DNA of 62,875 nt, the filler included, from Octopus bimaculoides (lineage: Eukaryota): NCBI RefSeq assembly GCF_001194135.2. It is 6 parts of 6 records of this genome, joined end to end, with 100 filler letters (N's around TTAATTAATTAA, not from the genome) between each part and the next. Parts side by side here need not be neighbours in the genome. Positions count along the whole stretch, not along the records: positions 21,247 to 27,902 come from NC_068984.1; positions 28,003 to 30,363 come from NC_069005.1; positions 30,464 to 42,319 come from NC_068990.1; 3 more parts are not named here. One strand, 5' to 3'. The notes beneath the pieces are model-generated. The model saw only the letters and a program-made list of their open reading frames with translations. It was not told the DNA's origin and did no database searches. Position 1 is the first letter of the stretch. Each line of letters opens with the position of its first letter. The position numbers and the translations under genes were made by a program. Shown here piece by piece: positions 24,784-37,643 of the stretch.

Positions 24784-25868
24784 AAGGGTCTTTATTTTGT
24801 CACTAATTACAAGGTGAACTATGCCATTATGAGAATCAGTACTGCCTTGAAGCATGGATATTCTAGGCAGTTGTCTGGGAGCCCTGCAAGTCAACAAGCC
24901 CTTTTCTGATCTATGTATGCTGTGATTTGCTTTAAATAAATAAGTACTATAGGGCCCAGAGCATTGATTTGCCTGGTGGCCTATAATGCTACTAAGATAG
25001 CCATGGTGAGAATATAAGAATACAAAGTTACACAACACAATTATGTCTAAAATAAGCATAAAGTCAGGAATTTGGAAGAGAGAATAGTTGATTAAACGGA
25101 TTTCAATACTTGTTTGGTACTTCATTTTATTGACCCACCACCACTAGGAGAATGAAAAACAAAGCTAACCTAGGCAGGATTTGAAGCCAAAATCTAGAAC
25201 AAAATAATACAACGCATTTTGTTTGCTGCTTCAACAATTCTATTAATCCACTTCCCTACAATAGGCAAACAGTGCCAGTAGTATGGTAAGAACCGCTGAA
25301 TTTTTGATCTCTACCACTAAACAAACCACTTTTGTAGCTGCAAGTTTGTAAGCATTCTATATATGATTTCCATTCAAGTAGCACTTTTGCCAAATGTTTG
25401 TAGTTTTGCAAGATAATTATGGGATCTTTCAGTTAGAACCTATCAGATATTCAAAGCTTATTACAAGTTATTTACATATTTATAAGCAATTATATTAAAA
25501 TAAATGGCAAACCATTGTAATAACATTTTACAAAATAGTATGTAAATGAAAATATAAAAAGAAATGTCACAAATTAGGAAGGAAGAGACGAGTTGTCACA
25601 CACATTAAGGAAGATACACAAGTGTCGACACACAAATACAAAAATAAATATATGAGAACAAGAAATAAGATAATCTAATTTACGTATGTACACATACATA
25701 TATATATATGTTGGGTGTCTGTATGCCTGTGTGTACGTTTACATATGAGGTGTATGAATAGGCCTGTAAATGTATGTACGTAATTATAGGAGTGTCTGTT
25801 GTGTACATGCATATATATTTGTATTCAAAATGTTAAAATCTCTTTATATATTTGTATGTATATATGTG

Positions 25869-25924
<56 letters not shown>

Positions 25925-26461
25925 CACACATATATGTACATATATAAATATGTATATATATGTATGCATGTATATATATATGTATGTATATATATATATA
26001 TATATGTATGTATGCATGTATATACATATATATATATATATATGCATATATGTACATATATATGTATGCATGTATATACATGTATATATGTATGCATGAA
26101 AAAAAAAATATATATATATATGTATGTATGTATATACATATATATATATATGTATCCATGTATATACACATATATATATATATTAATATAGTTGCACTTA
26201 TATATTTATAAATGTCTATTATATGTGTATATTTAATGAATTTATTACATAGAAAGTAATCGATGTAGTGAATGAGTAATGCATTAGAGCATTTTGCTTA
26301 ACACTCTGTGTTATAGGTCTAAATTTCATCAAGGATGGCTTTGCATTTCAACTTTCATAGATCTATAAAACAAATGCTATACAAGTACAGGGGACAATTT
26401 CATTCCACCACTCCTAAATCTCTAGCCTTGTGGAAATATAAAGTATTGATATTACAATTAT

Positions 26462-26955
26462 AAGAGGTGGTGAGATGGCAGAATCATTAAGTGGATTGGA
26501 CAAAATCCTTAACAACATTTCTCCCCACTCCATACACTCTGAGTTCAAATCCCACTTAGGTTAATTTACATTCTATTTTTTCAGGGTCAAATGGATAAAC
26601 TACAGGTCAAGTACTTGGCTCAATGCCATTCACTTAAACTGATCCCTGTAGTACTGCTGGCTTTGTGCCAAAATTTGAAACCACTAGAGGCAGTGAGCTG
26701 CCAGAATCATTCGCACATCAGAAGAAATGCCTTGTGGTATTTCTTCCGGCACTTTACATTCTGAGAAAAATCTCTGGTTAAATGAAATTTGTCTTTCATT
26801 CATTTTGGTCAATAAAAAACGTTTCTGTCTTGTAATGAGGTGGGTCTTAACTGCTAACCCCTTCCTATTGAAATTGTCAGCCTTGTACCGGAATTAAAAG
26901 CCATTATTATTAAGGTGTCAATCTGGCACAACCATTAGTCCATTAGATAAAATGT
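26462..26955 (+). mobile_element. Head-to-tail run of old SINE family F copies
   Basis: Heads (T)AAGAGGTGGTGAGATGGCAGAATCATT (26462), TAGAGGCAGTGAGCTGCCAGAATCATT (~26684) and TAAGGTGTCAATCTGGCACAACCATT (~26911). Confidence 0.65.
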
Positions 26956-27244
26956 TTATCCTTTACTTGTTTCAATCATTATGCTGCACCCATGTTGGGA
27001 CACTACCTTGAATTTGTCAAGCAGTGGTGGGATCAAAAACAGACGCAAAGACACACACACACATATATATAATACACACACGCACACAACAGGCTTCTTT
27101 TAGTTTCTGTCTAACAAATCCACTCACAAGGCTTTGGTTAGCCCAAGGCTATAGTAGAAAACACTTGCCCAAAGTACTACACTGTGGGAATGAACCCAGA
27201 ATCATGTGGCTGGGAAGCAAGCTTCTTACCTCACAGTCATGCCT
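26953..27244 (-). mobile_element. SINE family A with internal deletion
   Basis: Tail at 26953, head ending ...GCTTCTTACCTCACAGTCATGCCT. Confidence 0.85.
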
Positions 27245-27534
27245 GTGTCTATTTAGAAATATTCCTCTCTGAGTGTAGACCTGTGAGTCAGAGAGAAGGA
27301 AAAAAGAGAGAGCACTTACTCATGGGGTTTCAGGGAAATCTTGAATGGTCGGGTTCCTCGGTTATCCCTAGAGGCATTCCTGTATCAGGAGGTCCACATC
27401 TCTATCATCCTCCCTACTCCCACTTTTTTCTTTGTACCTCTGTATGCTGTGCATATATCTCCTCCTTCCCAGTGTATACCATGTATTCTTTTTTTTTTTA
27501 TCATTTCATTATTATATTGATGGTGATTGTAGCA

Positions 27535-27714
27535 AACGATCGACCGTGTACGACCCTTGCGCCACAGCTCTCGACGACCGGCGCGGCCGACGAGATTCGG
27601 CGTTGGGCTTCTCCCGGTTCACTCGCCGTTACTTAGGGAATCCCGGTTGGTTTCTTTTCCTCCGCTTAGCGATATGCTTAAGTTCGGCGGGTAGTCTCGT
27701 CCGAGTCGAGGGCA
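27535..27714 (-). rRNA. 28S: 28S rRNA 5' end (partial, ~180 nt)
   Basis: Minus strand reads GACGAGACTACCCGCCGAACTTAAGCATATCGCTAAGCGGAGGAAAAGAAACCAACCGGGATTCCCTAAGTAACGGCGAGTGAA, the conserved start of eukaryotic LSU rRNA. Confidence 0.95.
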
Positions 27715-27902
27715 GCATTAGCTTAGGAAAAAAAAAAAAGTCGTCGCTGCGGCACGAACGCTCGCAAACGAGATCCACAGAGCGAACACCGACCGAAGAT
27801 GTAGACGGCTGCGGCGGCGGCGGCGGCGGCAACGGCCGCCACGGAGTAATAAGAGGAGGCAACGACGGCGAGGGCGGCAGGCAGAAGAGTGCGCACGAAC
27901 GG
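27715..27902 (-). other. ITS2 3' portion adjoining the 28S fragment
   Basis: GC/CpG-rich sequence directly upstream of the 28S start on the minus strand; truncated by the linker gap. Confidence 0.8.
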
Positions 27903-28609
27903 NNNNNNNNNNNNNNNNNNNNNNNNNNNNNNNNNNNNNNNNNNNNTTAATTAATTAANNNNNNNNNNNNNNNNNNNNNNNNNNNNNNNNNNNNNNNNNN
28001 NNTATATATATATATATATATATATATATGGAAACACGTATGTATATGCAGTTAGATGGATTCACGCAAATATTCTCGCACATATATTCATTATATATAT
28101 AAATATATATATGTGCGTGTGTGTGCATGTGTATGTATGTGTATGTATGTATGTATGTATGTATGTATATATAACCAGTCTTTAAGTGCATATATATATA
28201 TTTATATACATAACCAGTCTTTAAGTACATATATATATTTATTCGTATACTCAGTATATATGTATGTATGTATACATATAAATACATATATATGTACGCA
28301 TATATCTATATTTATCTATCTATCAACCTCTCTAACTATATATATGTACACACACATCTCATCATACATTTATGCAGACAAATGAATATGCAGAAATAAT
28401 CTCACATACACATTCACATACATACATACACATACATATATGCAAGCATACATGCATATATTCATTCTCCCCTATTTTCTGTTCTGTAAGTCAATACCTT
28501 TCTAAGAATAGCCAGCTCGTTCATCATATTTAGGGTTCTTGCGTGTTCGGGGGATTTTGTTAGGGTTCCCTTACCCCCGCCACTTACCTTCTCTGTGCTC
28601 AGTAATTTC

Positions 28610-28646
<37 letters not shown>

Positions 28647-29180
28647 NNNNNNNNNNNNNNNNNNNNNNNNNNNNNNNNNNNNNNNNNNNNNNNNNNNNNN
28701 NNNNNNNNNNNNNNNNNNNNNNNNNNNNNNNNNNNNNNNNNNNNNNNNNNNNNNNNNNNNNNNNNNNNNNNNNNNNNNNNNNNNNNNNNNNNNNNNNNNN
28801 NNNNNNNNNNNNNNNNNNNNNNNNNNNNNNNNNNNNNNNNNNNNNNNNNNNNNNNNNNNNNNNNNNNNNNNNNNNNNNNNNNNNNNNNNNNNNNNNNNNN
28901 NNNNNNNNNNNNNNNNNNNNNNNNNNNNNNNNNNNNNNNNNNNNNNNNNNNNNNNNNNNNNNNNNNNNNNNNNNNNNNNNNNNNNNNNNNNNNNNNNNNN
29001 NNNNNNNNNNNNNNNNNNNNNNNNNNNNNNNNNNNNNNNNNNNNNNNNNNNNNNNNNNNNNNNNNNNNNNNNNNNNNNNNNNNNNNNNNNNNNNNNNNNN
29101 NNNNNNNNNNNNNNNNNNNNNNNNNNNNNNNNNNNNNNNATATATATATATATATATACATATATGTATGTATGTATATG

Positions 29181-29375
29181 TTTGTGCATCTGTGTTTGTC
29201 CCCTACCGTTGCATGACGACCGATGCTGGCGTGTTTACGTTCCCGTAACTTAGTGGTTCGGCAAAAGAAACCGATAGAAATAAGTACTGGGGGTCGATTT
29301 GCTCGACTAAAGGAGGGTGCTCCAGCATGGCTGCACTCAAATGACTGAAACAAGCAAAAGAATAAAAGAATAAAA
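29181..29375 (+). mobile_element. SINE family A, 3' half
   Basis: CCGATGCTGGCGTGTTTACG...CAGCATGG...AAATGACTGAAACAAG. Confidence 0.9.
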
Positions 29376-29544
29376 AGAGAAGTCTACGAATCTCCCATCC
29401 CAACTCTGTCTTGGAATATTGCAAAAAGTAATTTTCCTTAAATGGTGAGTAAAAGGAATGAAGAAGAAAAATAATAAATAACAACACAAAGAAACAGCTT
29501 GTCTTAATTAATAAAAAACCATTATTCCCAGCAGCAACAGCTAG

Positions 29545-29941
29545 CATCATCATCATCGTCGTTGTTGACGTCACCACCTTCATCATCATCATCATCATTA
29601 TCATCATCATCGTCGTCGTCGTTGTCATCGTATTCACCATAGCCACCACCATCATCATCATCGTCATCATTCGACCATCGTCATCACCATCATCGTCGTC
29701 GTCATCATCATCATCATCATCATCATCATCACCATCATCACCATCATCACCATCATCATCATCATCATTATCATCATCATCATCATCATCATCACCATCA
29801 TCACCATCATTATAATTATCATCACCATCATCACCATCATCTGCATCATCGTCATCATCGTCATCATCATCATTATAATTATCATCACCATCATCACCAT
29901 CATCACCATCATCACCATCATCATCATTATAATTATCATCG

Positions 29942-29982
<41 letters not shown>

Positions 29983-30063
29983 GTCATCGTCATCGTCATC
30001 GTCATCATCATCGTCATCGTCATCGTCATCACCGTCATCATCTCCACCACCATCAACATTACC

Positions 30064-30096
<33 letters not shown>

Positions 30097-30175
30097 GTCG
30101 TCGTCGCCGTCGTCATCGTCATCACCGTCTTCACCATCGTCATCATCGCTATCATCATTACGGTAGTCGTCGTCC
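29545..30175. repeat. Long (CAT)/(CGT)/(CAC) compound microsatellite
   Basis: Direct reading; explains the poly-M ORFs. Confidence 0.96.
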
Positions 30176-31338
30176 TCATACCAGCGTTCTTCATTATTCT
30201 AATTATAATTATTATTAATCTCAGCATCATCAATATATTATCCTTATTATATTTATATTTACATTCATGATTATTTGTAAATCATAATTTTCCCTCTTTA
30301 ATTAAAGTTGACCAATTTCAAGGAATTTCTTTTAATTAAATTATCTCAATGCCTCTGAGTCAGNNNNNNNNNNNNNNNNNNNNNNNNNNNNNNNNNNNNN
30401 NNNNNNNTTAATTAATTAANNNNNNNNNNNNNNNNNNNNNNNNNNNNNNNNNNNNNNNNNNNNATATATATATATATATATATATATATACGAGAGAGTG
30501 GGAAGTACTGATACCATGGGAAAATGAGAATAAATTGAAATAATTCTTCAAATATCTGATCGTCATCGAATAACGGCTATTTATCTCATATGGGTATAAA
30601 CAGTAATAACATGACCATCAATAACAATAAGATTATCAACAGCAGAAGTCAGCTTCCCATTTATCAATCTTGAAGTTTAGCTTTTTGCAGTTGTTACTAT
30701 CATTGCTGCTGCTGTAACTGTTGTCGTTGTTGTTGTTGTTGTTGCTGTTTGACATTCAGTTCCAAACTGATTGAATAGACTTCTCACCGAAAATGTTGAA
30801 GCTGTGTCTTTGTCTCCTTTTATCCATGTTCTGCAACTTTCTTCGAGAAGGCAGTGAGAATGTGTAAGAGATCTGGGTGCAATCTCTGACAGGTCAGCCG
30901 ACTACAAAGAAACTATTTCATTAGCTCTCTGGTTGTTAGTATCATTATAGTGGGAGCCTTAGCATAATCGCGTAGATGTGGTGTCGATATAACGAAAAGT
31001 ATGTCCTTGTTGTCTGCATCCAGTCACAAACACTGCATTGTGTTCTTGTTGAATATAACTATGGATAGCACAGTCTACATAGGTGTTAACTGGTTATTAA
31101 TGCCTCCAGAGAAAGGCACCAAGACACATTTTGTGATGAGAGTACAGTCGATTTTATCATCGACTTCAGAAATTGATTGTTACTATTTTACCAATAACAG
31201 AATGATGCAGTTCAGACTTGGCCCCGGCACAATTTGAAAACAGAAATAAGAATAGGAAACTAAGCACAGCAAAGTATTTTGTCTGTCACTCTGCCGATTT
31301 TCCTAACTATCGCACTTATATTTCTATCGTTAACATCA

Positions 31339-31696
31339 GGCGCAGGAGTGGCTGTGTGGTAAGTAGGTTGCTTACCAGCCACATGGTTCTGGGTTCAGTC
31401 CCACTGTGTGGCACCTTGGGCAAGTGTCTTCTACTATAGCCTCAGGCCGACCAAAGCCTTGTGAGTGGATTTGGTAGACAGAAACTGAAAGAAGCCCGTC
31501 GTATATATATGTNNNNNNNNNNCGCTTGTCAACCGATGCTGGTGTGTTTACGTCCCCTTAACTTATTGGTTCAGCAAAAGAGACCGATAGAATAAGTAAT
31601 AGGCTTACAAATAATAAGTCCTGGGGTCGATTTGCTCGACTAAAGGCGGTGCTCCAGCATGGCCTCAGTCAAATGACTGAAACAAGTAAAAGAGTA
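31339..31696 (+). mobile_element. SINE family A, near full length
   Basis: Head, central TA microsatellite (gap) and TAAAAGAG tail are all present. Confidence 0.93.
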
Positions 31697-32489
31697 TTTA
31701 TTGGTGGATGGAAGAATTGTAGAATAAAGTGTAGTACAGTTTCTAATTTTGATCCGTTACGTTCTCATTTCAAATCCTGCAGAGGTCGATTCTGCTCTTC
31801 TTAATTCCAGGGCATATAAAGTTAAGTTTTCGCTGATTAGATCAGCTGTGTCGTGCTCAATAATTGGTTGGTCTCGTATCTGTTAGAATCATCGCTGACT
31901 TTAAAAAACTACTCTCATATCAGGCACGTCATAAGCTCTCTCTCTAATGACACAGTCTGTAATGCCACGCAATTCTCTGGTGACATATCATAGATTATTT
32001 ATCATGTTTCAGATTCTCTGATGACACCGGCTCATAACATACCAAATACTGCTCTCATGTTAAAAACATTTCCTATGTTGCAGACTTGTCTCATATCAGA
32101 CTACTTCGATAACAAAACCTACTCTCGTGGGGAAGACTTTTCTGATGACACAAACAATGCTTGATGGAATTATCATACCAGGGAAAACAATGTCAAGCAA
32201 CTGTCTCAGTGCCTTGACTTGACGTCATTAAATAGAAATATCATTATATTATCAATAATGGAAGGAAAAAAATCATGGGAGTCACCGAACCGGTAGAGTG
32301 TAAGACGTAGTATCTTGTGGTAATTAGAGATTTATTTAAACATAATGAGCTTTAAATCTCACTTAAATCAGTTTTGCTTTTTCTTCAAAGATTTCAGGGG
32401 TTCGCTAAAGTAAAAGATCGGTGAAATAATGATTGACTAAATGGACTCTACCTTCCTACCTTCATCATAAAATATGTAAAATTGTAACT

Positions 32490-32893
32490 ATGCTAGAAAT
32501 TATGAGGGGCGGGGAAAGTCAATACCATTAATCACTGTACTAGACTGGTACTTAATTTTTTCTACTCGGGGGATTAAACGGTAAAGCTGACTTCGGTAGG
32601 ATTTGAACTCAAACCGTAAATAGCTGGAATAAATGTTGCCAAGCATTTTTCAAGGTTCTCAAGATTTGCCATTTCGCTGCCTTAAAAAATCCTAATTGAT
32701 ATGATTTCTACCATTGGAACAAGACCTGAAAATTTGGGTGAAGGGGCTAGACAATTATAACGAGTCCAGTACTCAAATGGTACTTATTACATTGACCCCA
32801 CCCCACTAATAGGACGAAGTCAGAGTCAACGTCGGAGGAGTTTAAACTCAGAACGGAAGAAATGCCGCTAACGATTCTCCAAGCTAACCACAT
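32490..32893 (-). mobile_element. Two adjacent old SINE family F copies
   Basis: Each has TGGTACTTA and (G)GATTTGAACTCA or GTTTAAACTCAGAAC motifs. Confidence 0.6.
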
Positions 32894-33155
32894 TAAAGAA
32901 GTCGTAATTAATATGAGCCAACGAGGGTGTCTCTATACAGTCACAGGTTTTTTTTAGAAATAGTAGCAAAATGACCCATAAACTCGGTCAGTTGTCTTGA
33001 AAAAAGAACAACAGATTGGAGATAGTGTTAAATAAACTACATTTGAAAAAATGGAAAGGTCACGGTTAGAGATCACCTTTGATCACGTCTGCTCAGGATT
33101 CCTTTTGATACTAAATAACGACTATAAAAATTATAATTAATATAGCAGTAGGTAA

Positions 33156-33366
33156 TAAAGCAGTGAGCTGACAGAATTGTTAGCACGCCGGACGAAATGC
33201 TTAGCGACATTTCCTCCGTCTTTATACGTTCTAAGGTTCACTTTGTTTTCAGCCTTTCGGAGTCGATAAAATAAGTACTAGTTGAGCACTGGCATCGATG
33301 TAATCGACTTATCTCCTCCCCACTCCCTCGAAATTGCTGGCCTTGTACCAAAATTTGAAACCAATA
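33156..33366 (+). mobile_element. SINE family F
   Basis: AAGCAGTGAGCTGACAGAATTGTTAGCACGCCGGACGAAATGCTTAGCG head. Confidence 0.88.
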
Positions 33367-33696
33367 TAACAGAAAGTAGTGTGTTTTTAGAAAAATAAAG
33401 CAGAACGATGAATGAAAGCCAGTTTTGCCAACTTTCCAGAGGCTTAGTTTTGCGGTTAAAAGTATTGCGTCGCAACTACAGGATTTCGGATTCAATCTTA
33501 TTGCATACCAATTAAGTGAGATAGCATCCGTAAAGGTCTTTCAACATTTCTGAGGATGGACAAAAACCCTTCATTGAAATTTTGTAAACAGAAAATATGT
33601 GGGAGACCACCAATAGAGCACATCTTATGACTGTTTGATGTAATCCATAACCCAGTTTAAAATCATCATTCGGAGCCCTTGGTCGTTTTCATAAAA

Positions 33697-33910
33697 TACG
33701 AGCGAGTGCTGAAAAGTTCCTGGCTTTAGGTAAACGGAAATGAAGGAGGATCAATTATGATTTGATCCAACATATTACCCTTAGATTACACACTTATTGC
33801 AGCGGTCCTTCAGTTTTTTTAAATCCTGTGAAAGAAGTCAAAAGTTTGGGCCTCCAACCAGGCGTTTCGAGATTCCTTTAAAGCTAGGAAATTTTCAGCA
33901 CCTCCTCGTA
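33697..33910 (-). mobile_element. Mariner-derived MITE with both TIRs and TA TSD
   Basis: Left TACGAGCGAGTGCTGAAAAGTTCCTGGCTTTA versus reverse complement of the right end TACGAGGAGGTGCTGAAAATTTCCTAGCTTTA. Confidence 0.88.
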
Positions 33911-34699
33911 GGCTCTCTCGCAAGAATTCGGTTTAGGGTATCTGCCTTGAGAAGTACTTCCTTTTTTCCCACTTGTTTTGGATGCTGCCTTTGCTCATTT
34001 TTTTTTCAAGTCATGAAATAAATTCGAAAAACTACGTTCTACTGAAGAGAAGGGTCAACCAAATTAACTGTACTTTGTTCAAAGTTGTGTGGCTTCCTAC
34101 CAAATTTAGAAACGAATGTGATTTATAAGAGCAAACATTTATTGTGATTTATAACATAATTCCTATAATAAAAATTTAACCATATCATAAAAAAGTATAT
34201 ATATATATATATACTGCCTCGTAATATACAACGTTGCGTTCGGTGACATTAAGCAGCAAAGTGATTGAATAGCTAAAACTAGTAAATAAAATAATGCTTG
34301 CACTCGAATTTCGCCGAGGTTACATTTAATGTTTATTGATACAAGTCATTAGGTTTGACGAAGTTAACTATGTATGTATTCTAAAATTTATTCTCCTATG
34401 ATAATGTTAGAAAGGAAATTAGATATGAAATAATAAGAGCAAAGGATGGCAAAATGTTCTGAGTATGGGACAATGCTTTTCAGTTTCTACTTTAAACTTT
34501 TTTTACTTCTGATTTCAAATTCCACCTGATTCTGCCTTGCGTTTCATCCCTCTGAGATCGATTTAAAAAATCAACCAATTACTGATCGAATATACCTTCC
34601 TTCAAAATTTGGTGTCTTGTGCCTACGTTCAAAATAGTGTGTATGTGTGTGTGTTTGTGTCTGAGTATTCTAATATAGATGGTCATGCTTAATAATTAT

Positions 34700-34995
34700 T
34701 CCTCCATCGTTCCGTCTTCTTCGCCCACGATTCCTGAGATGGTCTTGAGAAAGATTCTTCAGACACCTCCTTCATAGGGTCCTCTCAGAAGCAACCGTCA
34801 TTAGAGTTTCCGGCTGGATTCCCAAGCATGACCGACTGAAATTATGGATATTATTCGACTATATTGTTCTTAGTCTCTCCTTAAGTCTCCTCCCGGTTGG
34901 CTCAGCTTGAAGAACACACCTTTCTATTTTTTCTATGATATTCCAATCACATGTCCATAATACCGGAGTTGTGAACTGTCAACGCGGAGAGAGGT
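34700..34995 (-). mobile_element. RTE-clade LINE ORF2 C-terminus
   Basis: SQLRYYGHVI...VLQAEPTGRRLKERLRTI*SNNIHNFSRSCLGIQPETLMTVASERTL*RRCL, matching the RTE pattern LRWFGHV...PTGRRPRGRPRTRW...DR..WR. Confidence 0.85.
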
Positions 34996-35499
34996 GGCAC
35001 AACCAAGAGAAACTCCCTGATCTCCGAGCTAAGACAAATGGTGGTCCATTGATTATCAGACACATGTGATGAATTGAGATTTCCGAATCTGCTCAAACCC
35101 ACCCCCCACCCCCAGTATTCAACGAAGTTTCTGTAACATGCATTCAGGAGATTACAAATCTTGCTTCATGAAAACATGGATATATTTGTTAGTGTTGACT
35201 GGTAATATAATATTTCACATCGGAATGGTAGAGTGGTTGAAGTGTTAGAATGATTCCTACATTCTGACTTCAGATATCCTAGAAGGCATCTTTAAATTTC
35301 ATTCTTCCAGGACTGATGAAATAAAATAAAATTGCAGTTCAGTACGTATTGATTCAAGTCCTAGGTCTCATAAGACCGATTTCGCGGATTTTGTGACGGA
35401 TAAGTGGCTGAGATCGCAATATACCTATTGAACAGAAAGCCACTCAGTCACAGCATTATTCATGTTCAGCTGTGTGGACTGAAGCAACCTTAAAAAGAA

Positions 35500-35597
35500 G
35501 TGTTTTGCTCCAGAAGACATTGCGGGTTCGAGAATCGAAACGACGATCGTAGGATCGTGTGTACAGCAACCTTAACCACAAGGCCGCGCGCCTTCAT
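35500..35597 (-). mobile_element. SINE family D-like head
   Basis: GAATCGAAACGACGATCGTAGGATCG...TTAACCACAAGGCCGCGCGCC. Confidence 0.6.
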
Positions 35598-36295
35598 AGA
35601 TAAGTACGAAGGTCGATATAATCGACTGCGCTTCTCTCTCCAAATCTGAGATGTTGTACCTTTGTTAGGATTCAATACAATTGCTCGTATTAATATAAAC
35701 CAATTTAAACTCACTCTATGTTCTAGCATTGTGTCTTTAAAGTACAACACTTCACATTGGATTGAATATTTAACAAGCAGCAGCATATCCTGGAGGACAG
35801 AAAGCAAGATAATTCTATACGTTCTATTAGTTAATTTGATCAAATTAGACATCTTCTTGAGAATACTTTCTTAGGCATTCAATTCAGGAAGACACGGTAA
35901 CTAATTCATTCTGAAGACGAACTGCTTAAATTGACTAAGACAAAAGCGTGTACATACACCTGTTTAACTAAACCCTCTTAGCAATAGCTAAATGAGTACA
36001 CAGTAACTATAAATCTGGAGATGGATATTCAATTCTGCTTTATTTACTGCACAGGCACAGTAGGTTATTCAAAAAACAAAAGGAATTATATATGTGATTT
36101 GCTTTGATTGAGAAAACAGGTGATCAAAGGCGTTCCGGACATGACTACCGCTTAATTTTTAATAGTATAATATAGCTAAGACTACCTTATCCTATGAGTC
36201 CTGTTTTTAAAACAGCAGCGATTTAACTGGTATTTCTAACATGTTGAAAGATATTAAAGAGTTTCCTACGTTGGCTGGATGAACAAAAATGGTGC

Positions 36296-36570
36296 TGTTG
36301 TTGTTGTTGTTGTTGTTGCTGTCACCGTCGTAGGGCTATGAACAAAGGTCTTCCAGCGATAGTTTTCCCATCTTTTTGCATCCTTTCAGTTCTCCAAGAT
36401 GGTAAGATCTAATTTTAAAAGATCTTGCTTCTAATTTTCGCAGATCGAACAGGCCATGTAGAATCTCCTTCATTGGCTCCAAAGAGTGGGTTCCCGTAAT
36501 AGATCACGCTGATATTCGTGAAGAGTTTCCGAAAATGTTGAAATAATCATTTTTCTGAAAACAGACTCTA
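36296..36570 (-). mobile_element. Probable RTE-like LINE 3' end with (CAA)n tail
   Basis: DLLREPTLWSQ*RR ... QDLLKLDLTILEN*KDAKRWENYRWKTFVHS, then CAA repeats; similarity is weak. Confidence 0.45.
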
Positions 36571-36686
36571 CCAATATTCCGCAAAGGTATACATATGCAG
36601 TGGTATAATGTGTATGTATATGCGCGGTATGTGTGTGTGTGTGTGTGTGTGTGTGTATACATATATATATATATATNNNNNNNNNN

Positions 36687-36730
<44 letters not shown>

Positions 36731-37047
36731 GCAGAGGTATTGTATATACATATCTGTATATTATAGTATTCGATCCAATATTATCGATATTGTGGAAGTG
36801 ATTGAATCAATAAAAGCTCAATATTATGATTCAAATGAATGTAGAAGAATGGCTCCAATTGAATTGATTTAGAATTTGACAATTTTGAAATTTCCAGTAC
36901 GAACTTAACTGGAAAGATTATGCTTGGTGCAAATTTGATAGAGTAATTGGCATTCCATTCGGAATATGGTCCTTCGCTACATCATTGTGGCTGCAGATTC
37001 TTATTGAAATATTTTGCTGTGGAATCGGTGTGATTTAATTTCAGAGA

Positions 37048-37250
37048 AAGGCGGTGAGCTTGCAGATTCCTTAGTATTTCAAACAAAATGACTAAAGACC
37101 TTTCTTCTGGCTTTTTGCATTCTGAGTTCAAATCTCACCGAACTAGAATTCGTTTCTCATTTTGTTGGGGACCGATAAAATAAAGTATGAGTCAAATACT
37201 GGGATCGATGTAATCGACTTGTCCCCTCCCCTAAAAATTGCTGCTCTTGG
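37048..37250 (+). mobile_element. SINE family F, diverged
   Basis: AAGGCGGTGAGCTTGCAGA head; GATCGATGTAATCGACTT body. Confidence 0.8.
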
Positions 37251-37360
37251 ACCCCCTGCAACACATCGTCGTCCTTTTCGGAGTTGGTGGTATACTATGC
37301 TCTCAGTCATTTACGAGAAATTGCTTTAAGAGTGTCACGAAAGGCCTTCCGAGTTCTATT

Positions 37361-37499
37361 ACAGGGCTTAGAAAACTGAAGGGCCGCTGCAATGAGTGTG
37401 TGAATCTGAAAGGGGAATATGTTGAATAAAATCGTAATTGACTTATCGTCCTCTATTTTCTTTGACGCAGGGCCAGGAACTTTTCAGCGCCCCTTCGTA
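37361..37499 (+). mobile_element. Mariner MITE family, right end
   Basis: Encodes GLRKLKGRCNECVNLKGEYVE* (transposase terminus) followed by TIR GCCAGGAACTTTTCAGCGCCCCTTCG+TA. Confidence 0.8.
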
Positions 37500-37643
37500 T
37501 ACATCATGGAAAATGGGTAACCAGCCTTATGAATCAAAATTGCAGAAATAGTAACATAATATGTCTGCAAATTTGCTTTCTGCAATTTTGATTCGCTCAG
37601 TGGATTTATTGCTTTTCTTTTCCACTTTCATATTCTTTCGTTA

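Noticed and set aside
28582-28590. Perfect AAG/GTAAGT donor on the minus strand
   Set aside because: Upstream is (GA)n and a gap; one such 9-mer is plausible by chance in a window this size.
30940-30990. IIIVGALA, similar to the R4 IPIIVGALG motif
   Set aside because: Flanking residues do not continue the family pattern.
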